Shown: positions 26,074 through 34,590 of the stretch, in pieces | Layout of the letters: every line of letters begins with the position of its first letter | How positions within the stretch are numbered: the first letter of the stretch is position 1 | DNA from: an uncultured virus (IMG/VR IMGVR_UViG_3300021959_000013) | Lineage: Duplodnaviria > Heunggongvirae > Uroviricota > Caudoviricetes | IMG/VR virus record: IMGVR_UViG_3300021959_000013 | DNA: 64,000 nt | Reading direction: 5' to 3' (one strand) | Program-made: the position numbers and the translations under genes | Notes under the pieces: model-generated | What the model was told of the DNA's origin: nothing | Database searches by the model: none | The model's input: only the letters and a program-made list of their open reading frames with translations

Positions 26074-26131
26074 TGGCTGGGTCTCATCAACGCGACTCCT
26101 TATCACCCGCAGAGGCCTGGCCATTTTTTTT
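26074..26131 (+). ncRNA. GC-rich structured RNA or terminator presenting an anti-Shine-Dalgarno loop
   Basis: 12-bp stem TGGCTGGGTCTC/GAGGCCTGGCCA with three G-U pairs, inner GCG/CGC, loop ACTCCTTATCACC, T8 tail. Confidence 0.55.
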
Positions 26132-26142
26132 AAAAATAATCG

Positions 26143-26171
26143 TTTACATTTGCTTAAAAGTATGGTATAAT
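26143..26171 (+). promoter_or_regulatory. Early sigma70-like promoter
   Basis: TTTACA 26143-26148, TATAAT 26166-26171; RBS ATAAGGAGT 26186-26194. Confidence 0.88.
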
Positions 26172-26198
26172 ATAAGTATTAAATAATAAGGAGTTAAT

Positions 26199-27350
26199 AT
26201 GGCTAAAAGAAGATTAAAAAACGCTGATGAAGCAATGATGGGACCAAAACCATCTTATGGGGTACACAATCCTGTACCAACTAATAAAAAAGATAAAGAT
26301 AGAGAATATCGCAGAGCAAGATATTGGTTCTACTATTTTGAGAATAAGAAAAAAGCCACTGAAACAGTTCTTACTTATTGTACAAGAGTTCTTAATTTTG
26401 ATAAGACTAAAATAGCAAATCTTAAGAAACTTCCTGATTGGAAGTATAGGATGAAAACTTATCAAACTATTGAGTTAATTAATAATGGTTGGACTGGTTA
26501 TCCTTTAACAGACGAAGCTATTGAAGAGATGCATACTTTTCTTAAAGGGCGAGAAAAAGAAGGAAGAGCTATTCAAAAGGTAGAAGATAAAAAACCTAAG
26601 CCAATAGTTATCTCTCCAGCTGAAAGAATACGTAGAAAAGTTATGCAAACAATGTATCATTCATGGGATACGATGGTAATTGATAAATGGATGGATGGAA
26701 TCTTTGATAAGAAAGAAGTCATATTCCCTACTTACAGTTTATTACAAATGCATTCTATAAAAGGAGCTGGTATTAATATATTCAGAGAACTAGTTCAAAA
26801 TGAATATGACGTTATATCAGATGCTTATCATAAAAAATGTGACCAAGCTGTTGAAGCATATTCACATATCAAAAAAGGTGACTTACGCAAAATGATGAAT
26901 ACAATGGATGGAATATTTGAAGACATCGATCGTATGAAACAGAATTCTAAAGTAACGCGAATCCCAAGAGCTAAAAAACCTAAAGCTTCAGATAAACAAA
27001 TCGAAAAGCTTAAGTTTATGCCTGAAAATGTAGATGCTAAATTAGTATCGATTAATCCTATATTGATACCTGGTAAGCAGAAGCTTTACATATATAATTG
27101 CAAGAATAAAAAGTTAATTGAGTATGTTACGACTGCGACAAGTGGCTTTGAGATATCAGGCACATCAATAAAGAACTTTGATAAGGTAGATTCTAAACAA
27201 GCTACTTTAAGAAAGCCTGATGAAATCTTACCAATGATTTTAGGTAAGACTGAAAAACAAATCGAAAAGATTTGGAATACATTAACAACAAAAATTGATA
27301 ACCCTACAGGAAGAGTTAATGCTGACTGTATTTTAATGAGAGTATTTTAG
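26199..27350 (+). CDS. Conserved T4-like hypothetical protein
   Basis: 383 aa; EAYSH, LVSINP, GTSI, TLRKP and GRVN motifs typical of this marine T4-like family. Confidence 0.8.
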   Translation: MAKRRLKNADEAMMGPKPSYGVHNPVPTNKKDKDREYRRARYWFYYFENKKKATETVLTYCTRVLNFDKTKIANLKKLPDWKYRMKTYQTIELINNGWTGYPLTDEAIEEMHTFLKGREKEGRAIQKVEDKKPKPIVISPAERIRRKVMQTMYHSWDTMVIDKWMDGIFDKKEVIFPTYSLLQMHSIKGAGINIFRELVQNEYDVISDAYHKKCDQAVEAYSHIKKGDLRKMMNTMDGIFEDIDRMKQNSKVTRIPRAKKPKASDKQIEKLKFMPENVDAKLVSINPILIPGKQKLYIYNCKNKKLIEYVTTATSGFEISGTSIKNFDKVDSKQATLRKPDEILPMILGKTEKQIEKIWNTLTTKIDNPTGRVNADCILMRVF

Positions 27351-27359
27351 GAGGATAAT

Positions 27360-27881
27360 ATGCTATCAGTCGGAGAAAAGTTCCCTGCGTTCTCACTGCA
27401 AGGAATCAATGAAAAAAATGAATTTGTGAGAGTTGAAGTAAACGAAAGCTATATGCCACAGAAAAAACAGTGGAGTGTAGTTTATTTTTATCCTAAGGAC
27501 TTTACCTTTATATGTCCAACAGAAATAGCAGGGTTTGACTGTTTAGTCGATGATGCTAATGTTATTGGAATAAGTGGAGATAATGAGTTCTGTAAATTAG
27601 CTTGGAAGCAAGATAATAATATGATTGGTAATATTAATCATACTCTTGCTGCTGATTGTGGATTAGGATTATCAAATACTTTAGGTATTGTTAACGAAGA
27701 AGAAGGTGTTCCATATAGAGCAACGTTTATCTTTGATAAGAATAGAATTATACAACATGTATCTATTAACGCTTTAGATACAGGAAGAAACGCACAAGAG
27801 GTATTAAGAACATTGAAAGCTTTACAAGCAGGTGGTCTTACAGGTTGTGCATGGAACGAAGGTGAAGAGTTTGTCGGATAA
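27360..27881 (+). CDS. ahpC: Peroxiredoxin (AhpC/TSA)
   Basis: FYPKDFTFICPTEI, RATFI, GRN.QEVLR.L.ALQ. Confidence 0.93.
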   Translation: MLSVGEKFPAFSLQGINEKNEFVRVEVNESYMPQKKQWSVVYFYPKDFTFICPTEIAGFDCLVDDANVIGISGDNEFCKLAWKQDNNMIGNINHTLAADCGLGLSNTLGIVNEEEGVPYRATFIFDKNRIIQHVSINALDTGRNAQEVLRTLKALQAGGLTGCAWNEGEEFVG

Positions 27882-28122
27882 AGATAATCCAGTAGAGCAA
27901 AAGATTATGACAAAGAAGAGATTCTCTGCAGCAGTAGAGCATCTTGTAGCAAATAACAATATGTCATATATCGATGCAGCATCTTACGTAGTAGAACAAA
28001 GAGGTATGGATTATAAAAATCTTAAAAAACTCTTAACAGATTCTTTAAAGCAAAAGATTGAAGAAGAAGCTTCAGGCTTACATTTAATCAAAGCTAAGAG
28101 AGGTAATAAACTACCTTTATGA
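27871..28122 (+). CDS. gp33: Late-promoter transcription co-activator gp33
   Basis: F..AVE..V....SYIDA...LKQKIEEEA..L; TTG start; position before gp59 and gp32. Confidence 0.8.
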   Translation: MSDKDNPVEQKIMTKKRFSAAVEHLVANNNMSYIDAASYVVEQRGMDYKNLKKLLTDSLKQKIEEEASGLHLIKAKRGNKLPL

Positions 28123-28715
28123 ATGACCCGTTTGAATCTTATAAATTATATAACGCTCTTAAACTCCATTTTGAAACAGATGGATATGATGCGATTAAGT
28201 ATCATTTTAAGACTTCAGTAAAACCTACTTCATTCTTTAAAAGAAAAGACAAATTCTTCTTTGCAAAGCTAGCAAAAACATACGGACCAGAATTGAAAGA
28301 GTTCTATATAGCTAACTTTAAAAACGATGTTAAGTATGTCGGTGATATGCTTAACGAAGGTGGAGAAAGATATTATAGAGACCATAAAAAAATTATGGAA
28401 TCTTTAAGCTATCAGTTTCAAACTGATATAAATAAACTTAATGATATGGATATATCGTTTGATTCTCTTTTAGAAGCAGAAGAAAACAATCATCCATTAA
28501 TCATAAAGCTTTGGATGCAAGAAGAAATACAATTGGAAACAATCGTAATCTTGGATTCAATACTTGGGTTCGTAGAACGTGAAAATAGAAAGATAACAGA
28601 TACTATTATTTGGCCTGACATCTATAGAAAGATTATGAAATACAAACCATTCGTAAAGTTTGATAGAGATAAATGTTTACATTTATTAAAAGAAACCTTT
28701 ACAAATGCCACGTAA
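28119..28715 (+). CDS. gp59: Helicase loader gp59
   Basis: YKLYNALKLHF...YD, F.KRKDKFFF.KL, HPLIIKL, ETIVILD, KYKPF. Confidence 0.9.
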   Translation: MNDPFESYKLYNALKLHFETDGYDAIKYHFKTSVKPTSFFKRKDKFFFAKLAKTYGPELKEFYIANFKNDVKYVGDMLNEGGERYYRDHKKIMESLSYQFQTDINKLNDMDISFDSLLEAEENNHPLIIKLWMQEEIQLETIVILDSILGFVERENRKITDTIIWPDIYRKIMKYKPFVKFDRDKCLHLLKETFTNAT

Positions 28716-28726
28716 TGTGGTATAAT
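28698..28726 (+). promoter_or_regulatory. Early sigma70-like promoter for gp32
   Basis: TTTACA 28698-28703, TATAAT 28721-28726. Confidence 0.85.
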
Positions 28727-28789
28727 ATAACTATATTATGAATAAAGTGGATAATTCAGTAATACATTGTAAATATGGAGAAATATAAA

Positions 28790-29707
28790 ATGTCATTAGA
28801 AAATCTAAAGAGCATGCGAGGCTCGTCAATCGACAAACTCGTAAAAGCAGCAGAAGCTGTATCTTCAGCTAAACCAGAAACTAATTCCTATGCGGATGAT
28901 AGATTTTGGAAGCCTACAAGAGATAAAGCAGGAAACGGCTATGCTGTAGTCAGATTCTTACCAGCGAAAGATGGTGAGGACTTACCTTGGGTAAGATATT
29001 GGGACCATGGATTCAAGGGACCAACTGGCTTATGGTATATCGAAAACTCTTTAACGTCCATTGGACAGCAGGACCCAGTATCGGAGCATAACTCTGTACT
29101 TTGGAACTCAGGTAGAGACGAAGATAAAGCAACTGCTAGGGATAGAAAAAGAAGGCTGCACTACGTAAGTAATGTGCTAGTCGTTTCTGACCCATCAAAT
29201 CCAGAGAATGAAGGGAAGGTATTCCTTTACAAATTTGGTAAGAAAATCTTTGATAAGATTATGGATGTTATGCAACCTCAATTCGCTGATGAAAATCCAG
29301 TAAATCCTTATGATTTCTGGGAAGGCGCTGATTTTAAAATTAAAATCAGAAAAGTAGAAGGTTGGGTAAACTATGATAAATCAGAATTCAGTTCACCAAG
29401 TGCTTTGCATGAAGGCGATGAATCTAGATTAACAGAAGTTTACGACAAACTGTATTCTTTACAGGATTTCTTAACACCTGAAAACTATAAAACTTATGAT
29501 GAGCTATCAATGAAGTTGAATAAAGTACTTGGAGTCGATGCGGGTCATTCTGCAATGCCGGCACCAGTAATGAATGAAACTGCAGCTCCAGTAGCGGGTA
29601 TGAGTACAGCCAATGCGGAAGCAATGGGTACTGCGCCTTCAGCTGAAGAATCATCTGATGAAGATGATACATTAAGTTATTTTGCTAAACTAGCGAAAGA
29701 AAGTTAA
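28790..29707 (+). CDS. gp32: Single-stranded DNA-binding protein gp32
   Basis: DDRFWKPT.DKAGNGYAVVRFLP, WYIENS, KFGKKIFDK, acidic tail; ATG 28790 after GGAG. Confidence 0.97.
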   Translation: MSLENLKSMRGSSIDKLVKAAEAVSSAKPETNSYADDRFWKPTRDKAGNGYAVVRFLPAKDGEDLPWVRYWDHGFKGPTGLWYIENSLTSIGQQDPVSEHNSVLWNSGRDEDKATARDRKRRLHYVSNVLVVSDPSNPENEGKVFLYKFGKKIFDKIMDVMQPQFADENPVNPYDFWEGADFKIKIRKVEGWVNYDKSEFSSPSALHEGDESRLTEVYDKLYSLQDFLTPENYKTYDELSMKLNKVLGVDAGHSAMPAPVMNETAAPVAGMSTANAEAMGTAPSAEESSDEDDTLSYFAKLAKES

Positions 29708-29725
29708 AATCTTATAAGATTTGAG

Positions 29726-29750
29726 AGGAGGCGAAAGCCTCCTTTTTTTT
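29726..29750 (+). terminator. Rho-independent terminator at the convergence point
   Basis: AGGAGGC-GAAA-GCCTCCT followed by a T-run. Confidence 0.9.
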
Positions 29751-31554
29751 AGTCTGAATACTGATTGATTAATGCTGCATTCTTAAAATTAAAGTCAGAA
29801 GGAGGAGGCCCATTAACTATAAAAGTTGCTCCGCCTTGAGCATTTTGATATGAAATATTTTGAGTAGGTGGACCAGCTGGATATTTTTCTTGTAATGCTT
29901 GTGATTGTAAAACTTTACCTTCTTTAGAAAGAGCATCTATTATTTGTCCATCTTCGTCTTTACCATCTCTTTTAGCCATCATTGCATCAATAGTAGCTTG
30001 CCCTCTTGACATAACTTCATTAAATTTACGAGAAAAAGCTTCTTTCGGACTTTCTCCGCCTGGCATCGCTGCCCCAATTGCCGATAAAGCTGCAGCTGCG
30101 ATTGCTTTTGGAAATGCTGCTATCTTCATGAATATACTTAATAGGCTTAAACCGATATTTTTAATTATACCACCAAATCCAATATCTGCTATTCCATCTC
30201 TTAAACGATTAAAGAATCCAAGAACTGCATTTTTAACAGCGTCAAACATACTATCAAATAAATCAGCAAAAGAAAAGCTTTTCATTTTTTCTGCAATACC
30301 ATCAAACCCAAAAAGACCTAAGAAAAATGCTGGTATAGTTATAACGAAAAAGTCGAGTAATGAGCCAACTAGCATTCTAAATGCGCCTTTTAAACCATCA
30401 AATACACCCGCAATAAATTTATTTAAATTATCTTCTTGGGATTTCATTCCATCTATAAATCCTCTAACAAATCCTATAATTCCTAATACTGGTCTTAATA
30501 TCTGACCAAATACCATACCTAATCTTTGAAATGCTCCTTTAAATTTATCTAATACACCGAATACAGTTTTTAATACAGGTAGTTTATTAAAGAACATAAA
30601 TATTTTAGTACCTATGTTTGTAAAATTCTTTCCTACATTTTTTGCAGATGCAGTTGCAGCGTCTAAACCTCTTGCAAATACAATACCAATTCTTTTAGGT
30701 AGATTCATTAACATTCTAAAAGGTTTTAATATCATCTTTACTAATTTATTGGCACCTTGTCCTACTAATCCAGAGGCTTTAATTTTAGTATCAATTCTAC
30801 CAAATGCGGTAAATGCTGATTTTCTTCCAGTTAAAAATCCTGTCATACCTTTTAAAAAGTTACCTACATTAGCTAATGATAACTGCATTAACTTACCAAG
30901 GTCTTTTCCAGCATTTAAAATAAATCTTGCCCCTTTTGCAAATACTCCTCCGCCTTTACCTTCAGGTGAAAATTTAAATGTTTTTGCTACTCTATCTCCA
31001 AAGCCTTTAAATACATTTTTTATATTATCAAAGAGTACTGGAAGACCAAGCGTCTTACCCATGTTTGTAGCGCCTTTAATAATACCTTTACCTATGTTAG
31101 CATAGGGAGTCATAAATCCTTTAAAAGCTCCAATAAGAAAACTAAATATTGCTGTTCTTACAAGGAATCCAAATATTCTACTGCCCTTTTCATCTTTAAA
31201 CTGCATTTGTAAGAGTCTAAACTGAAGTTTTAATTGTTTGAAGATATCAAATAAACTATCATTACGTTCTTCGTCTCTTTTCTTCTCCATACGTCCGCGT
31301 AAGAGTTGTTCTTTGTCAGCTTCTAAATCATCTAATCGACCTTCTTTTAAAGTCATTATTAATTGTTGCATCGCATCTATTTGCGATTGACTCATATTCA
31401 TAGCATCTCTTTCTAAATGGTCTTGCAGTTCTTTTGAGTATACTGCAGCTTCTTTAGCCATATCATTTTGGTCACTATTCAAAGTTTTGATACTATCTAC
31501 CAAATCGTCAAATGGGTTATTTGCGCCGTCTGATACTCCTGATATTGATGCCAT
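29749..31554 (-). CDS. Tape-measure / baseplate hub protein (gp29-like)
   Basis: 601-aa helical Gly/Ala/Phe-rich amphipathic protein downstream of gp26/gp51. Confidence 0.7.
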   Translation of the reverse strand: MASISGVSDGANNPFDDLVDSIKTLNSDQNDMAKEAAVYSKELQDHLERDAMNMSQSQIDAMQQLIMTLKEGRLDDLEADKEQLLRGRMEKKRDEERNDSLFDIFKQLKLQFRLLQMQFKDEKGSRIFGFLVRTAIFSFLIGAFKGFMTPYANIGKGIIKGATNMGKTLGLPVLFDNIKNVFKGFGDRVAKTFKFSPEGKGGGVFAKGARFILNAGKDLGKLMQLSLANVGNFLKGMTGFLTGRKSAFTAFGRIDTKIKASGLVGQGANKLVKMILKPFRMLMNLPKRIGIVFARGLDAATASAKNVGKNFTNIGTKIFMFFNKLPVLKTVFGVLDKFKGAFQRLGMVFGQILRPVLGIIGFVRGFIDGMKSQEDNLNKFIAGVFDGLKGAFRMLVGSLLDFFVITIPAFFLGLFGFDGIAEKMKSFSFADLFDSMFDAVKNAVLGFFNRLRDGIADIGFGGIIKNIGLSLLSIFMKIAAFPKAIAAAALSAIGAAMPGGESPKEAFSRKFNEVMSRGQATIDAMMAKRDGKDEDGQIIDALSKEGKVLQSQALQEKYPAGPPTQNISYQNAQGGATFIVNGPPPSDFNFKNAALINQYSD

Positions 31555-31564
31555 ATTTTATTCC

Positions 31565-31942
31565 TTATTTACCGAATGCTTTACCAGCTTCAGATATACC
31601 AAACGACCCTAGTGTTACTACCACAAAGGATGTGTAAATTGTTTCAGAAACCTTTAAGTCTAAATCCCATACTAATGCTGTGACTAAATCGGTGATACCG
31701 AAACACATCATTAAAAAGAATGATATAAATCCTATGATTGCTTTTTCGTTTAAGTCATTGTCGTCTAAGAATAAATCCATGAATTTTCTTTTACGAGGTC
31801 CTAGTTGCTCCGCAGCACGCCTAGCTTCCTCTTTCATTTCCTTAATTTGGTCTTCTTGTTCGTCAAGCTTGTCAATCATAGCCATATACTTATCTAAGTC
31901 TATTTCTACTTCATTTCTGCTGTTATCTTGATTCTCAGCCAT
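31565..31942 (-). CDS. Coiled-coil plus two-TM membrane protein
   Basis: AGGAG RBS; NEKAIIGFISFFLM... and FVVVTLGSFGI hydrophobic segments. Confidence 0.75.
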   Translation of the reverse strand: MAENQDNSRNEVEIDLDKYMAMIDKLDEQEDQIKEMKEEARRAAEQLGPRKRKFMDLFLDDNDLNEKAIIGFISFFLMMCFGITDLVTALVWDLDLKVSETIYTSFVVVTLGSFGISEAGKAFGK

Positions 31943-32142
31943 TATCCATTTCTCCTATTTTCCGCTTTTATGCGTTCGTTTTCTTCTGCAATGTGTTCCT
32001 GCAAAAGAGCTATGTATATCTCCCTTTCCCACGGTACCATATCATTTAGTTCTGTTAAACTATACTTATGATGTTGCATCATTGCAAAATTAGTCTTATA
32101 ATGGTTTACAAGACTATCGTGCGAAAGGCCTATGTAAAAAAA
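31942..32142 (-). CDS. gp51: gp51-like baseplate hub assembly segment (first ATG at 32082; probably reached by -1 frameshift from gp26)
   Basis: -1 frame reads YIGLSHDSLVNHYKTNFAMMQHHKYSLTELNDMVPWEREIYIALL... Confidence 0.8.
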   Translation of the reverse strand, partial: FFYIGLSHDSLVNHYKTNFAMMQHHKYSLTELNDMVPWEREIYIALLQEHIAEENERIKAENRRNG

Positions 32143-32837
32143 CTTTGCAGACCTCTTAGTTCCTGCTCGTTATCTTTGCCACAACTACATTTATAAGTCA
32201 AGTTGTGGTTAACTGCCGGCATAGTATTAAAAAAGTCTGTCATTTTCATAAATTGTACAGAACTTAATGAATCAACAAACTTTGTAAGTGATGCTTTAGA
32301 TTCATTCTTAGAATCATATACATCATCTTTATCAAAGATTGTATCTATGCATGCCATAATCATTCCCATAGCGCTATCAACGCCTTCTTCAGCTTCGGCA
32401 AAACGATTTACGTCTTTTACTGAAGGGTATTTCATTACAACACCTACATCATCAGTTATCATTATAGTAGTTTCATCTTTTGAAACCACCGGTAAATTTA
32501 TTTCATCAAAATCGACTGTTACATCGGTTCTCATGTCACATTCTTCATCATTACATTTCATAGATAAATCAATCTTTTCACCAACTGATTTAGCTCGTAA
32601 TGCTAAAAATAAAGTTTCAATGTCAAACATTGCTAAATTTTCAACATCATCAATATCATCTACACAAGATTTAATAACATCTATTGTTGACTGCATAATA
32701 ACCTTTTGGTCATTTGTCTCCATAGCCATCATTAATATCTTTTCTTCCTTCACTAGGTATGGTCTATACGTCACTGTTTGACCAGTTGACGGTATTTCAA
32801 TACTATACCTAGCTGTATTTAGCTCTGGTAAAGCCAT
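32130..32837 (-). CDS. gp26: Baseplate hub assembly protein gp26
   Basis: MALPEL..Y...IPSTG..V.YRPYLVKEEKIL, FDIE.LFL.LRAKSVGE, GLQSFF. Confidence 0.9.
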   Translation of the reverse strand: MALPELNTARYSIEIPSTGQTVTYRPYLVKEEKILMMAMETNDQKVIMQSTIDVIKSCVDDIDDVENLAMFDIETLFLALRAKSVGEKIDLSMKCNDEECDMRTDVTVDFDEINLPVVSKDETTIMITDDVGVVMKYPSVKDVNRFAEAEEGVDSAMGMIMACIDTIFDKDDVYDSKNESKASLTKFVDSLSSVQFMKMTDFFNTMPAVNHNLTYKCSCGKDNEQELRGLQSFFT

Positions 32838-32855
32838 AATAATTCTCCTATTATA

Positions 32856-33491
32856 TTATCCAAATATAGATAACGCACTTCTTATTGCGCTACCTGTACT
32901 ACTTAACGCACCTTGTGGTACGTATTTATCATAAGCAAAACTCACATTCAATTTTTGAATCTGGCTAGTACTTTCGTTAGAAAGCGCTACTTCACTCATC
33001 GTCACAGGGAATGCTCCCTCCAATTTCACGCCATATATTGGCACGTCTTGTTCATCTAACTGTTGTATTATTACATCAGTAACTATATCTTCTTTATAAG
33101 CGATACAGTATTTATCTGTATCTACTATACTATTTATCCACTTATCAAAGATAGTTTTCATATAATAATCATTTGTAAGTAAAAAACTTATTGCAACATC
33201 ATCATGTATTGTACCGTACGGTATTTTTTTAGACTGTCTTACAGTTTGATGTTCAAAAGTACTTATTTGTTTTCCAGGTATTACTACTGAATCACAAAGT
33301 AATGATATATCTCTTGGGTCGTTAATTAAATTCTTTGAATTAAAATTACCTGCGATAGCTGATGAGATAGCTCCTTGCAAATCAAAATTAAATAATGAAC
33401 CACTTGGTGGTGTAAACATTACATTGAATCTATTAGCTTTTGCTAATCCACCTTTTTTACCTATTGTTGATTTTAATCTATCTATGCTCAT
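32856..33491 (-). CDS. gp54: Tail-tube initiator gp54-like protein
   Basis: GGLAKANRFNV, LCDSVVIPGK, V.IQQLD, AFPV, VSFAY. Confidence 0.75.
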   Translation of the reverse strand: MSIDRLKSTIGKKGGLAKANRFNVMFTPPSGSLFNFDLQGAISSAIAGNFNSKNLINDPRDISLLCDSVVIPGKQISTFEHQTVRQSKKIPYGTIHDDVAISFLLTNDYYMKTIFDKWINSIVDTDKYCIAYKEDIVTDVIIQQLDEQDVPIYGVKLEGAFPVTMSEVALSNESTSQIQKLNVSFAYDKYVPQGALSSTGSAIRSALSIFG

Positions 33492-34078
33492 GGTTGTCTC
33501 GCTATTTTAAGGCTCTCATTCCAAACACTTCCTTTACTTTTCTTCTTAAATTGTTCTACTGGTAAGAATATAGCAATCTCCCAATCAGTCATTGGGACTC
33601 TTGCAAACTGTGATTTAACATGTGCTCCTAAATAATGTTTAAAGCACGGTTTAAATTCTTTAAATTTTTGTACACCTGATAATAAATTGTATCTTATTTT
33701 AGTAAGACGAGTACTTTCAGTTGATTTTTCTGGTCCTAATGCCATTAGCTCATCTAAAAATTTAGCTCTTGTATTATAATTTAAATAATGTAGATTCAAT
33801 CCATAGAATCCACCAGGCGCAGCATCTACCATTATTGTTAATGGAAACCTATCGTAATATGGTAATGTTTCTTTATGCTTAGGGTCATAAAAATACATAT
33901 ACATACTTCCACGAAGGTTAGTAGTTGTTCTATCTAAAGCTGAATCTCCTAAAACTTTTTGTCTTGATATAGATAACCCTTGCACTTCTTTTTTAAACCA
34001 ATCACGTGATTGTTTTGTACGAGCTTGTACTCCAGCTCTAAATGCGTTTGCTTGTAGGGTATCGAATAAACTTGCCAT
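33488..34078 (-). CDS. gp2: DNA end protector gp2
   Basis: MYMYFYDPKHKETLPYYDRFPL, GLNLHYL, PCFKHYL. Confidence 0.92.
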   Translation of the reverse strand: MASLFDTLQANAFRAGVQARTKQSRDWFKKEVQGLSISRQKVLGDSALDRTTTNLRGSMYMYFYDPKHKETLPYYDRFPLTIMVDAAPGGFYGLNLHYLNYNTRAKFLDELMALGPEKSTESTRLTKIRYNLLSGVQKFKEFKPCFKHYLGAHVKSQFARVPMTDWEIAIFLPVEQFKKKSKGSVWNESLKIARQP

Positions 34079-34083
34079 ATATC

Positions 34084-34091
34084 TATTTATA
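34084..34091 (-). promoter_or_regulatory. T4-type late promoter (minus strand)
   Basis: TATTTATA on the + strand just upstream of gp2. Confidence 0.7.
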
Positions 34092-34096
34092 CAGAC

Positions 34097-34537
34097 TTAT
34101 AGTATCTTTATGCCTAAATTCTTTAAAGTTTCTTCTGTCCATACTTGGAACTTCCAACCTTTATATTCAGCAAACTGAGTAGCTGCTTCCCATTTATCTT
34201 GATTCTTACTATATGTAATCATCTCATTAATATATTTTTTAGTCTTACGACTACGTTTTTTAGGTGGAGTTGTTTGATTTTTTGGTTTAATTTCTATTAA
34301 ATAAGTTTTTTTATCTTCCATTTGTATTAAAAGGTCAACAAAATAACGATGTAATTTTTTATCTACTGTACATTTATAGGGTACAACTACCTCTTCTGAA
34401 TTCCACATCTTTACTTTTGGATTATTTTCGCACCATTTAAATGCTTGTCTTTCCCACAAAGAACGGTATACAACTTTACTTGCATCTCCCGCATATTTTT
34501 CTGGTCGTTTTATTGTGTATCTGCCTCTATAACTCAT
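34097..34537 (-). CDS. gp4: Head completion protein gp4 (TnsA-like nuclease fold)
   Basis: PEKYAGD..KVVYRSLWER, WNSEEVVVPY, HRYFVD, EIKP, NQDKWEAA. Confidence 0.93.
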   Translation of the reverse strand: MSYRGRYTIKRPEKYAGDASKVVYRSLWERQAFKWCENNPKVKMWNSEEVVVPYKCTVDKKLHRYFVDLLIQMEDKKTYLIEIKPKNQTTPPKKRSRKTKKYINEMITYSKNQDKWEAATQFAEYKGWKFQVWTEETLKNLGIKIL

Positions 34538-34578
34538 ATAAATAACTCTATAGTATAATTAATATACAAGTATTTATA
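34537..34578. promoter_or_regulatory. Pair of opposed late promoters
   Basis: TATAAATA on + at 34537-34544 and on - at 34571-34578. Confidence 0.7.
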
Positions 34579-34590
34579 TAGGAAAAAGAT

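Noticed and set aside
30128..32781. Plus-strand ORFs 30128, 30614, 31680 and 32203, and the many short minus-strand ORFs across 41-64 kb
   Set aside because: Antisense shadows of well-supported genes, lacking RBS or motifs.
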